Both the position numbers and the translations under genes were made by a program. Below are positions 11,602 through 23,371 of a stretch of DNA of 64,000 nucleotides, piece after piece (position 1 is the first letter of the stretch; each line of letters starts with the position of its first letter). The DNA is from Laetmonice hystrix. Taxonomy: Eukaryota. The notes beneath the pieces are model-generated. The model searched no databases. It had not been told where the DNA came from and worked only from the letters and a program-made list of their open reading frames with translations. Location of the stretch: the NCBI GenBank assembly GCA_965235115.1, contig OZ249438.1, positions 22,072,001 to 22,136,000 of the forward strand, in the 5' to 3' direction.

Positions 11602-12906
11602 CTAAAATTGTGTTGTACCGTCCACAATATTTTGGGTTGACCCATAGTCCCTACTGAAGGTGAACCCTTCGCTTACTGACGTGCATGTGCTGTCTCGGTC
11701 GTTCAGCTCCACAATCAGCTCATTGCTAATGAACGACGCTAACATGGCGTCCATGCTCTCGTACTGGGTGGCCACGTCTGACATGGAGAGAGAGCTGATG
11801 GACGTCTTCCTGGTAGAGGTCGCTGATGACGAAGAATGGCAGAACGTTCTCTGAAGTACGCGACCGAGTCGGCTCTTCTTGGACGGGGACCTGACGCGGA
11901 GACTGTCCATACGGAGACGATAAGTGTGGGGAGCAGGGGGAGGGGGCTCATACAGCCGGCCCCGGCGGCCCCTTTGCACACAATACTGGATGAACACACC
12001 TATGTTGATGAGCACCAGAATAATTGCGATAGTACAGCCTGTCGCAATTATGATGTCTACCCAGGTGAACTGGGTGAACATCAGCTTCTGGAGAAAACCT
12101 CTTTCCGCGTCACTCCGCGTTTCCCGCCCAGTGACGTCAACGTCGATCCGCTTTCTGAGTATGGCCATCGCCATTGACCCATTATATCCAATATTTACTC
12201 CATTTATATCAACCATTCCCGTCGCATTAAAGTCTCCTTCGGCAGCAGGGGGCTTGTCTTGGATGGACTCATTCTCAGTTGATCCGGCCTCTTCAACTTT
12301 GATTGGTAGTCCTATGCCGACAACCCTGTTTGTTTTCGATTCACCAGTAGTTTCCATGGGCTGGGCCTGGGCCTGGGCCTGAGAGAGGTGTGCCTTGGAT
12401 CTAAGTATCCTTAAGAGCCATGGCATTTTCCTGTTCTTGCCGTTTTGAAGCTGATGTTTGACACCTTCCGGCTGCCGACGAAGGCCGATGTTACCCTCTG
12501 TGCCAGTGTCATGAGCGGTTGTGTCCTCCGTTAGTCCTGTATCTGATGAAACTGTTTCCATTCGTCCGATAAATAATCCGTCAGCTATAGCACTAGTCTT
12601 CTGTCTACCGGCTGAACTTGTAACAAGATTGAGAGAACCCACTGTGGAGGGTCCGTCCACTTGGCTTCCTACCTGACCGAACGTGTCGTCTGGCTGCTGG
12701 GAAAGTTTCATTGGCATTGGAGCTTTTGGTGCCACCGGAGGAGGGGCCAATGGAGAGGGCACGCGGGCTTGGCTAGCGTTCAATTGAGACTCACTGATGA
12801 AATTTATGGATGCATTATTTGTGCAACATATTTGGTAGACAATGCCCAGCATCAGTGCAATGAAGAGCAACATTTTGGGCATGACGCACGGTGCCGCGGG
12901 CAGCAT
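11602..12906 (-). CDS. Unrecognised 434-aa type I single-pass membrane protein (orphan)
   Basis: A 1305-nt ORF with a hydrophobic N-terminal segment (MLLFIALMLGIVYQICC), a low-complexity ectodomain with N-glycosylation sequons (NAS x2, NES, NAT, NGS), a TM helix at ~aa 285-306, a basic stop-transfer segment RGRRGR and a ~125-aa Ser/Thr-rich tail. A good acceptor (tttcacag) precedes 12932, and a candidate upstream exon 13563-13599 (ATG...AG|gtaagt) splices in frame. I recognise no family. Confidence 0.75.
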   Translation of the reverse strand: MLPAAPCVMPKMLLFIALMLGIVYQICCTNNASINFISESQLNASQARVPSPLAPPPVAPKAPMPMKLSQQPDDTFGQVGSQVDGPSTVGSLNLVTSSAGRQKTSAIADGLFIGRMETVSSDTGLTEDTTAHDTGTEGNIGLRRQPEGVKHQLQNGKNRKMPWLLRILRSKAHLSQAQAQAQPMETTGESKTNRVVGIGLPIKVEEAGSTENESIQDKPPAAEGDFNATGMVDINGVNIGYNGSMAMAILRKRIDVDVTGRETRSDAERGFLQKLMFTQFTWVDIIIATGCTIAIILVLINIGVFIQYCVQRGRRGRLYEPPPPAPHTYRLRMDSLRVRSPSKKSRLGRVLQRTFCHSSSSATSTRKTSISSLSMSDVATQYESMDAMLASFISNELIVELNDRDSTCTSVSEGFTFSRDYGSTQNIVDGTTQF

Positions 12907-13687
12907 CGCTATCTCAACTCGTGTTCTTCTGCCTGTGAAAGGTAGAAACAGCTTGGGTCATATACTCTGCTCACTGCATAGCTACTCACTGCACTGCTTA
13001 CTAAAATATCGGGTCTTTGTTCACATTACATTGACGAGGAAAACACTCAATTTCCACTCAGCACGGCGCCGTCACTCAACCATGGGTATAGTTCTACAAA
13101 TGTTGGATATACGACCTTGTAGTCTAGAGCAATGGTGTGAATGTTTGACTAAACCTCGCAAATATAAGGGCAATGTCAATGTCGTTTCTTGGCTCGAAAT
13201 ACAATTTCTTACTTTATCATGTTAGTCCAAGTGTAGTCCGAACCTTGCCCAAAGTGTCTCTAAAAACGCTTTCACCAAATCCATCAAACAGAACATTCGT
13301 CAAATAGCCCGATCCGCAACAATCCTTTTCGATGACATATTTCACAGATAATTGCCGAATCTTGTCTCTCCATTCCCGCCGTGACTTCGTGTATAGATCA
13401 GACACCGACGGTAAAGATCAGATAACTGACGGTATGAGAGGATGGACTCCACAATGCCAAATCAGGTGTTCAGAAGTCTACCTCCCACCAGAGGTTGTGC
13501 ACACCACGTGCCACCTGTTGCCAGGGCAGGGCTTGGCCGTCCATCTGGGACCGCCCACTTACCTCTCCTGCTGCCGGGCTGCTGGCTGGCTAGGAGCATC
13601 CCATACAAATTGACGGTAACCCCCTGTTTTAGCACGGTACATGAAAGGCCTAGATATGTAGGCTACTACACGCATGCATGCATGCTA

Positions 13688-13892
13688 CAGGCGCGGATCC
13701 AGCACTGCACGAAAGGGGGCGGGGGTACCCTCGAGCGCCTACGGCCGAGGCGAACATGCGCAATATCCCTGCATCTTGAGATAGAAATTGTGAAGTTTCT
13801 CTAAACATTTAGGCCTAGCCTACCAATAACTTCTATCACTTCTTCAAAAAAGGGAGGTGGTCCTGCGCCCCCACCCATTGGATCCGCGCCTC
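13688..13892. mobile_element. Short TIR element (hAT-like mini-element)
   Basis: A perfect 13-bp inverted repeat aggcgcggatcca / tggatccgcgcct at the ends, with a GC-rich interior. No clear TSD. Confidence 0.55.
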
Positions 13893-14799
13893 CATAGGGC
13901 CTACATATATAGTATGTCAACCCGAATACGTCATCGGTCAGTTTATGCCGTTGGCATTGGGGCCAGGCTACAATACCTGCAGCCTTCATAAGTGTGACCA
14001 ATCACACTACTGGAGTCCTATCTGTCATCCCGTCCACCTCGGTCCAGACTTACAGGTGTTGTAGGATTTGTCTGGTGATGATGACTGGGATACCCTGGAG
14101 CTACAATACCATGACAGGTGTCCCCAGTACACCAGACGTTACCTGCTGATTGTCATCCCAGTGGGCGTGCGCTTGGCCAGAGCCCTGGGCATTCCCTCAG
14201 GCCTGCACCTGGTGGTGGTCAGCGTTTCCCTTCTCAGGTACGGATTGAAAAATTAAAACGTCTATGATAAAATCTAAGCCGCGGAGGAAAACAAATCAAT
14301 ACAGAAAAGTGAATTGGTAGAACGCTTTTGTCCTAACTGGATTTTATTAGTGGCCCCTACCCCATTTTCTTCTTTGCCAAAGTCACCATCCTTTTGAACA
14401 GGACGGACACTTAGATATTCGGTTTATAATACGCATAAACTTCATGGTTTTGAAAACACAAACCTATAATATGCAGTACAGTATTTACGGTCTTTATTAT
14501 TTACCACAGTCTTCATTTTGCACCTTTCTAACCTCTTTGGGCGATCATATGCACTGGAGGAAATCGATGTTGTTAGTGTCCATTTTACGTTAAGTGTTTT
14601 CTAGTTCATTCGGCGCGTAATCAAAGTTGCCTAATGAGGGCTTGTCGTCAAAACGTTTTATACCAAGCAAAAAAGTTTGAGAATATTCAACCTTGCCACT
14701 GGTATACGTACAAAATATCCATAATTCATTAGTTAAACCACTACAAGTAGTTCATGGATTGCAGATATGTACATGTGCAATGATCAGTTAGTGTGACCA

Positions 14800-15165
14800 C
14801 GGCAGGTGTAACCACTCGGTAGATAATTCATGGTAACTTTAAACTCACGAAATTTGGTCCGAAGTATAGATCTATTACTATACATTGCCCTGACCTTATC
14901 TCTAACCCATAACCCCGGTCCCTGGACCTCCCACAAACATTCCTATCGCTGACCTTAACCCTAAACCCTACCCCAAAATTTCCCGGGGAAGTTAGCATGA
15001 ATTAATAACCGACCACTCAACTGATGGCAGTAATTCACGCAGACCATTTTCACCATGACTTACTGCCAGTAAACATCATTAACCACGAGTATCTCGATTT
15101 TTGTCCCACTATGACTTGATTACCAACGGTAGGTTCACATGCTGACTGTGTTACCAACACCGCTG
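14800..15165. repeat. Probable repetitive element containing CCCTAA-like tracts
   Basis: ctaacccataacccc...ccttaaccctaaaccctacccc at ~14890-14975, in sequence unlike its flanks. Ends are not resolved. Confidence 0.3.
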
Positions 15166-15588
15166 TATAAATCCTACAAGTACAATATATTTACAAATAT
15201 CATCATTATAATAAGTTAGTTACAACGTTACAGATCTTGACTTCCAGTACCAATTCAAGGTATCACTTGGTAGATTGTGTTATTATCGAAGTTTATGCAT
15301 TACTCGTCTACTCTATCTGTACCCCGTTTCCTTCACGTAGCAAGATGTCAATTAACCGCCAGAGAGAAGTTGAAGGGGGTTGCCGTTTACCTCAGCCCGA
15401 GTTGGACAATAAATGTAGCTGGTCAACAAAAATTCATGGTTGATACGGCAGTCCATTATTTACCATAAAGCTTATCTGGGGTAAGAATACTTATAAAGAA
15501 GCCTCGGTTTTTACATTGCGATTCTCTTTGCATACAACAAAAGAAAATAAGTACACACGAACTTTAGGTTGCTGTGTTTCGAATGCTT

Positions 15589-15738
15589 TAGTGGCGTATC
15601 CAGGATTGGTCCAAGGGGTGGTTTTCAAAAGATTGGTTGGAGGGGGGGGGGGGGGTGTTCCAAACGATTAAATTTACAAATTATCATGTTATTGCCAGGG
15701 CGGGGGTGGGGGGGGGGGTGCCCCTGGATACGCCACTG
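15589..15738. mobile_element. Short (C/T)AGTGGCGTA TIR element
   Basis: tagtggcgtatccagg / cctggatacgccactg form a 16-bp inverted repeat with one mismatch around poly-G tracts. It resembles the element at 55125-55280. Confidence 0.7.
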
Positions 15739-15975
15739 TGCCTCGTATTAAATCTGATCCCAGTAGTATCAGCCACCAGTTAGAGCATATTCCAGGTGCA
15801 ATGTTACTTGTGTGCAACCTGCTAGGGTCGTAGATTGAGAACTCCTGAGTAGACAAGGACGTATCACAATATCAAGTGGCAACTGCAGATCATGGAAATC
15901 CGGCACCAGGAGAGCCATTTCCCTCTGGAGTGGGGAAATAGGATTGGATTTGTATTTCTGTATTGGTACATTTCT

Positions 15976-18900
15976 TCATGACTTAGTCAGCTTTGACTTG
16001 TAAAGCTTTGTAAACTTCATCCACTTCATTTCAGGTGTGTTGGGTGATCTCTGCAGCAGTGTTTCCCCATTCATGTAGGAGTGTAAGGCCTCGGGTATTT
16101 CTACGGTGCCATCCTAAAAGAAAATGTTAACATAAAACGTCAACAAAATAATAAGCAAGGGACACCTGACTTTATGCCAGGAGTGCGTCCCATGTCATCA
16201 TATCATACTGAGATTACGATACTACACTGTCTGAACTATGCAATTTTTCCTTCAGTTATTGAATCGATACAAATTAGCTACCTCAAATTATGTCAATTAC
16301 TGAAGCAGGGCAAAGGAAAAATCTTCCAAACGTCTTTGTCACAACAAAACCATTCTCAAATTATTCACAACTAGATGATGCTCACTTTTCGCTGGTTATT
16401 CTCAAGGATTGCCATGATCATTCTTGGTATGGCACATGCTGTTCCGTTCACCTGAAGCGAAAAAAAAATGCTTTCAGTGGAAATTTCATACAGAAATCAA
16501 AGGTTTGTTTAAAGGAATCTCCAGCCAATATGACCATGAACTCAAATTAAAAAAAATCCAACAATATTCTATTGTAAATGTTCCATGGTACAGATCTGAC
16601 ACTAGAGCTCACAGTTCATGCCAATACAGATAATATGCTTGTCTCAGGATACAACAACTTGGTACTCACAGTATGAACATGCTTATACTGTTGAGGGTCT
16701 GCTCCGTACTTAATACAGAGGCGACGACTTTGGAAGTCAAGGCAGTTGGATGTGCTTGAAATCTGACAGTAGAATGAAAGCTAGCAGGTAAAACATCTAA
16801 TTTAAGATTTATATATACTATCTATGAGACCGATAGGTTTCGGAAATCCAGACTTTATTATCAAACCAACTTTGTTCATTTTCTAATAATATTTGTCTGA
16901 CGTCTGAAGGATGAAGAAAATCACTTACTTCCCCCCAGAAACTCCTGGCAGGCATCCATGCTTCCATGTCGTATTTTCTGTAAGCAGGGGCCCCAAGCTC
17001 CTGGCTTGCCATCTCCAACACCCTACAGTTCATATACCCAGGAGTGATATTTCAGATATCATTGACCTAAAATACACATTTGTTAAATCTCTTTTCTAAC
17101 CACTTTTCCCTTTTAACCTAAATTGCTTCATTTCTGATTTCTTACAAGTAGACCTGTAAAAAAAAATAATTACCTAAATTCGCCTGTAGGTTCATTCGAA
17201 CTATCCCTATTATAACAGAAAAACAATGAATTGTACTACCAGACCTAAAATGGAGGCCGAGTTGGGAAAACAGTATTTTCTGAATCTCCACAAATTCCTC
17301 CCTTAGCTGCTCACTCTCCTGGCCTGTATCCTGTGGCGTCATGCCAAACATCTCTACCTGGAGGAGAAGGAGTAAGAAAATACGAAAAATTAATTATACA
17401 TGTGTTTGTATTCGAATTGAGACATTCACCATTTTATTGTCTCTGATGTTTTATTTTGTTAGTTGCAGAGCATCTTTCTACTGTCACAACTAGGAGCAAT
17501 ATGTCAGAATTTACAAGTCCAGCAGTTGGAAAACTTAATTCTATTCACCATCTGTTAGCTCAGTTAATGAAGAAATATTATGTTCCCATTTTTTCACCAT
17601 GATCACAAAACAAATATATGGAGCAGACTGCACTATTTTTTGCCATCAGTCATACATAATCACAACCACCAGTAAATGTAGTTATGATCATGCATTCCAC
17701 ACAATGTTTTTCTAAGATCATTTAAGGGTAATTGAATTTTAGGCCCCACCCACTAACGACTTTATAGTCTCGGTATTAAAAAATACCAGTGTAGTCAATG
17801 AACACACTATGGTACATTCTGTACGCATCTGTCAACCAACTGTCATGCCTCAAGTACATCAAAAAAAACCTTTCAGCTCTGCTCGACAAACATGCTGAAT
17901 AAATTGAAATGCTATCTTTTACTGATACTCAAGGCCATTTATACACACTCCCTTCCCTGTCTTTATAAATAAGTTCATTAATGTTCGTCTAATCTTGGTT
18001 ACTCAACTTACAGTACCCTCCCTGACCCAACCACTGTTCCAGAACACAAACCTTGGTGAACTGGTGCACTCTGTAAATACCCTTCTCCTCTTCCAGATCA
18101 GAGGTCTCTGCTCGAAAACAGCGGCTAACTGTCATCACTCTGTGGGAGGGAATTATCACAAATTATAACAGTCACTTCTCAACTTGCCAAGTCTGCCAGA
18201 GTACTGAAATCGACAAGAAAACCTACAAGCAAATTAATACTAGGATTATTTGTGGATGTTATTCTATCTCCTTTAGGCATTATCCACTAGTTTTCCTTCT
18301 ATGAACACGTTTCCTTTATAGCTTGCATCTATATTTTATGTTTGAACTTACTTAATAGGTAGATCCACACTGTCAAACTTTTTCCCCATGTAGAATCCTG
18401 CAATAAAGACAAATACGATTATTTCAAATTCTATCCTCTGTTTTGAAGTGTGTGATGACTTTAAAGGGCCATGCTAAAATACACGTTTTGGAGGATTTCC
18501 GGTGATTATCCAACATGACCATGTACTAGGGATCTAAGTAAATAATCCTACCACAGCATTTTGTCCTTCGACATGTTTTCGCTGCGTATGCAGCACAAGT
18601 AGGTGCCATAAAACTAAACTTATAGATTTCTCGAGATAGCACATCTCCTGCCATAATTTGGTAGACAACCTCCCATCAACCCGTGTAATCGTGTACTGGG
18701 TCACATCCTGTGTGTGCACTCTCTGCAGGTGCTTGGTCACGTGCTTCGCTTAGTTGTAAACAATTCAGCAGTTGCACTCGGCATCGTTCAGCATCAGAAT
18801 GCCACCCAAAAAATATTTTACGGAATCGGCAGAGAACTGGGCAAGGAAAGAAAGATATAGAAGTTGAAAAAGATAGCAAGTTAATCTCGGAAACCAAGGC

Positions 18901-21900
18901 AAGGGGGTCATTGGCGAGGTGTCGGCACCTCAAGTGTCGAGAGAGCATAGCGCGCTAGCGTCCGGCCAAGGCTGTGCGGCCAGCGGAGGAGGGGGTGTGT
19001 GACATGCTCGATTCGTTCCCAAGCCGCCATTGTTTCCCGACTCAATCCACCACGATTGAGTGTCAGACAATTTTCTGACTGATAACACTTAAACGTATAC
19101 ACGCGAAATATTCGGTGTCGCGTTCGTCAGCTATTAAGTGCTTCAAAACAAACTGTCTGAGCATGCGCGAGTGTTCTGCGTGTCACGTGCCATTTTTCCA
19201 GATGGCCTGCAAGGGGGTTCCAAAAACTTTGATTTCTCACGCAAAATGGAACTAATAAGTTTGTTTGTGTTTACCAAGCAATTTTTATGAAGGATCTCTT
19301 CATGAAAACGGCAAAAGTTCTTTGAAATACCAATTTTTATGTTTGCTGATAATATGCATCTTTAAAGTATTAAACAGTTTTACTTTCTCATATTTACCTT
19401 CCAATAATGGAGCACTGGAACACTGGGAAATGAGAGTGTATGATAAACGATCAATTATCTTGTTATGACTATACCTGCCAGAGGCATCTCTCCTGTACCA
19501 GCAAGACACACAGCTTCATGTTTGGAAGGATCTAACTTGTACACCTGTGAACGCTCACCTGTTGTCTTGAAACCACACCTTTCCTGTACAACACACAAAT
19601 CACATTACACCCTAAACATGCAATAAAACCCATGTGACTGGCTGCTTAGAGATAAAGCTTCCATCATGTACATGTAGGATTTCATTTTTTTTAAGTTGAA
19701 AGGAAATCTCCCCATATCATAAAGGCAAATAGTAAAGCCGAGATCCTCCATGATATTTAACAATTTACCACAATATCAGGATGAACCAGGTCTGGCACTG
19801 ACGTCAGCAAAAAGCCATGGTGCTCAAGGTTGTCAATGGTATACCTGACCAAGGCCTGCTCCAGGTGGGCCAGCTCACCCATCAAATAATATGATCGTGG
19901 CCCTGTGGTATGGCCAACATTCCTGAAACAAGCATTCTTTACATGGCTTTCTCAAGTCCAGTACAATTTTATGATTGAAGTTTGGATGTGAATTTAAGTG
20001 ATTGGGAAATTTGGTAACCAGGATGGCTCTTTGTGATAAAACAAAATTTTTTTTGCATCTTCCATAGAATACAAAATACATGTAACTTGAAACCACTACA
20101 AATGCTTACTCTATCCGTAACATATCCAGATCCTCAGCCAGTTTTGTGACTGTTTTAGGTTGAAATGTGAACTCTGCAAAAAAACGTTCATTTATTACTC
20201 TTATGAGTTATGTCACTCTTAGCTCCAATCTACTTAAAATTAGATCTTGGTATTCCGCATCTCTCTCAGCTGTGTCAGTGCTGCCTGCGCTCCATACCTA
20301 GATCTAAGAACATCTCATTAGGGGTCACCTCAGGTTGACCTCTGGATTCAGCCAATCAGCGAGCCGCCTACGAAATCTTCGGTGTGTGCTCGTAGGCATT
20401 TTCAACGTCAAACTTAAATCTGGGTCAAAGGGCAGCCTGAGGTGACCCCATACGGGATGCCGTTAGATCCTAGTATGGAGCGCATGCGAAATAACTGAGG
20501 TCTAATTTTAATTAGATTGCCCTTAACTCCTTCAAATTGCTTGATCTCAAATGTAAGAAAATGGTAACATATAATCTGAGAATGTAGAATGAGTAAATCA
20601 TTCTGAAAATCTTACAATTATAACTTTTACAAATACTGAACGAACAATCATTATTGCCAAGAGCATGATAAATCTGACCTCTTTTGTTGCCAACTGTCTG
20701 TACCAGTCGATTCTGTGAGTCATCCCCGATGGGCTGGAAATGCAAAGTAACCTTGAATATTTGCTGACTTAAGAAAAACCAATCTAATATCAGGTGGTTT
20801 ATCAACTTTTCAAAAAATACTTAAGTAACTTAAGTAAACTTAAGTATTACCATTTTTTCATGAACTGAAGTATTAGCCTTTGATTTATACACATGTACTA
20901 CTGTGCACAGCTGTTCCACCAGTGTACCAGTAGACCCATCCAAATTGTTTGTTGTGCCTTACATAATACATTGTTGGCCTGACAAGTCTTGACCTCATTA
21001 ACATACATACCACATCAGGATGTGTAGTGTTGGGCAAGCTGATTGCCTCATCAACTAGCTCTTTTTTCAAAAGTTTAACATCAGTCCTCTGAAGCAAAGG
21101 AAGGTGTTAGTAGTTATCTTTCAAATTAAGTTTAAGATGTCTTTTCCTTGTCATGTCACAATACAAACATGGGGCACATGGGGTTCTTAAGGGTCCAGAA
21201 AGACCCGTTTTAACTGGGTGAGAGACTCCATGTTCCATATGCACCATGTCCCAGTATGTCAGTAGGGCCTACTCTATGTCCCAAGTGAACATTTCATTCT
21301 TCAGTCGTTATTTCTTCTTATAAATAAAAGTTGAGAGCAATCATTTTATTAGTCAATGGGTATTGCAACAAATTCCTGTTATTTTAAGCACCCGGTAGGA
21401 GATTTTTTGCCATGTTGCTGATTGACCAAATTGGCATATCTAGCCCCGTCTAAAGACCACCACCTGTGAACTCCCGTATCAGGAACTTGGACAACTGATA
21501 CCCGTTTAATTGACCACCTGACTCAGGGAGAGTGGGACATGGTGCACATGAAACATGGAGTCTTACACCCTGTCAACCTATGACTTCCAGAAGCACAAGA
21601 TTTTCACTAGTATGGCCAATCCAGAGCTAATAATCTGGAAAGTGCTGATCCATCATGAAACTATTTAATGCTGTCTTGCAAAAGTAAAAAAGATGACAAT
21701 AAAACAGTTGAGACAGTAAGACACTTACACGGTCTTGGAGAAAATCATTCACTTCAACTTCCTCAGGATAGTTCAGCTTACTCCACAACATTACCTGCCA
21801 CAATAGAAACATCCACATGTGTATTACTTACTGTTTTGGGCAACAACATTTTTCAGATTTTATGAGTTTATATAATTGACTGGTCTTATAATAAAAGTAA

Positions 21901-22532
21901 AGAAACAAGCTACATTTTTTACTTAAATCCAATGCTTATGGGTTAAATTCTGTTTATCCACAATATGACTAACATGACAAGCTGACATTCAAGTTGATTG
22001 AAAGGACGTACAATAACAATAATGCACAATATCATAATAAATCTAGAATATAATCTTTGACCACATTACACATGCACAATTCACTCACCACCTTATTGAT
22101 GTCCCCAACACCTTTTCTGTTCTGAATATTGCTGCTGATGGCTTCTCGGTTGTCTGGGTTCAACAGATATTCCCAATCAAATTCAGGATCTGGCAAGCTT
22201 ACATAGCTTATGTTTTCCCGTTTCTTAGATTCTCTTTCATTGGCCTGTGACCCCAAGGGTGTTGAGGATGACATGACATGGCGACGTGGCTGGTATTGGT
22301 CAGAGATTCCCACTACTGGCAATCTCTGCCTGCTTGGTGTGCTTGGTATTCGAGTGTCTTGTATGGCCCAGTATGACAGAGAGCAGTAGCATGGGTCATT
22401 CTTGCCTTGAGAACCAAATATTTCAAGAGGTCTTATTTTGCCTCTTTTGGAAATATGACCAATGACTTTAGCATTGTACTTAACTGTATGCCATCTGATT
22501 AAGGCAGTTCGCAGATTTGCTGCCGTATACAT
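15976..22532 (-). CDS. SARS2: Mitochondrial seryl-tRNA synthetase (class II aaRS), 14 coding exons
   Basis: Exons (5'->3') 22532-22089, 21794-21729, 21088-21011, 20733-20679, 20173-20110, 19922-19769, 19583-19475, 18397-18352, 18139-18052, 17357-17245, 17022-16929, 16762-16670, 16451-16386, 16113-15976 splice in frame. Motifs: LPNTTHPDV, GPRSYYLMG, LAGTGEMPLAG, motif 2 CFRAET...GIYRVHQFTKVEMF, ELGAPAYRKYDMEAWMP, GEISSTSNCLDFQSRRL, motif 3 HTVNGTACAIPR. The basic N-terminal extension fits a mitochondrial presequence. Confidence 0.95.
20238..20507. mobile_element. MITE with long imperfect TIRs in a SARS2 intron
   Basis: Nested inverted repeats: aattagatct / aggtctaatt between TTAA flanks; gcgctccatac..agatctaa (20287) / ttagatc..gtatggagcgc (to 20483); ggggtcacctcagg (20321-20334) / cctgaggtgacccc (20436-20449). 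Confidence 0.75.
21223..21563. mobile_element. Inverted-repeat-bounded element (MITE-like) in a SARS2 intron
   Basis: 31-bp arms agactccatgttccatatgcaccatgtccca (21223-21253) and tgggacatggtgcacatgaaacatggagtct (21533-21563), two mismatches. Confidence 0.65.
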
Positions 22533-22933
22533 GGTTCGTCATAGACGAGGATAACAGTAATGTTATCTCAGTCATGTGCTGGTAAAAATATGTTTTGTCG
22601 CCCGTCTCTCACCCAAGTTATTTCAAAAGTGATTGTTCAAAAGTGCTTTTTTTCCCATCCAACTGCCAAAATACTGGTCTGGTTCTGAAATAAAAAAAGG
22701 AGTAATTGCATTGATCAAAAGAAACGGGTAAAGTAACAACTAGCACATATATCTGCTTGGACTGCTACAGGGTATTGTCTTTTTCTAACTTCTAAATCAT
22801 CTAATTGTAACTTCTAAGGCTTTTTTTCATTAATGTCCTTCTGGAATATTCTGCACAATTTTATAGTAAGTGAACTGAATGTCAGCTGGTAGAAGCCAGG
22901 TCCAGTAAACCTTTTGTCAATGCAAGATCATGA

Positions 22934-23058
22934 TCACCTTTAATACCGATGACCTGAGAGGACCCGAGATGATCTGTGAAAAATATCTCAGACACTTTAT
23001 TAGTGCTTCCAGTCGGTGGTCATCTCTGGTCATCTCGGTTCGTAGGTATTAAAGGTGA
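22934..23058. mobile_element. Small MITE-like foldback element
   Basis: Perfect 14-bp TIR tcacctttaatacc / ggtattaaaggtga, plus inner ccgagatga / tcatctcgg complementarity. Confidence 0.65.
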
Positions 23059-23371
23059 CCCCACTTCAAGTGCGTGACCTGTGGGAGGCGTTTCACTAAT
23101 GTTGATTTTTGCCAATATCGCCAACTTTCACCGACACCGTCGCCGATTTGGCGATCTAGGGAACGGCCTACGACGACGGCCTACTTTACCAGCAGTTAAC
23201 TATATCGTTAATAACGATGTTTAGTAAGACGGGCCCCAGAACTACACACCATATTGATTTTAAAATATTAAACATCATGTCATGTCTATGGAGGACTGCA
23301 GCCACCACAGCGTGACACTGCGATCGAAATACTGGATTGGGCCAACATAGAATCCAATAAAACTGAGGCCT

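Noticed and set aside
11660-12945. Plus-strand ORFs of 64-152 aa overlapping the orphan gene
   Set aside because: They are antisense shadows of a GC-richer coding region, with no recognisable motifs.
13217-13405. Protein-like 62-aa ORF in the orphan gene's putative intron
   Set aside because: It starts with GTG, has an in-frame stop just upstream, and no acceptor gives a compatible frame. It remains only a remote alternative-exon candidate.
18463-19363. Kolobok-like TTAA-flanked insertion in the SARS2 intron
   Set aside because: The interior is CpG-rich and looks foreign, but the two candidate ends match only weakly (ttaaagggccat versus ttaaagatgcat), so boundaries cannot be supported.
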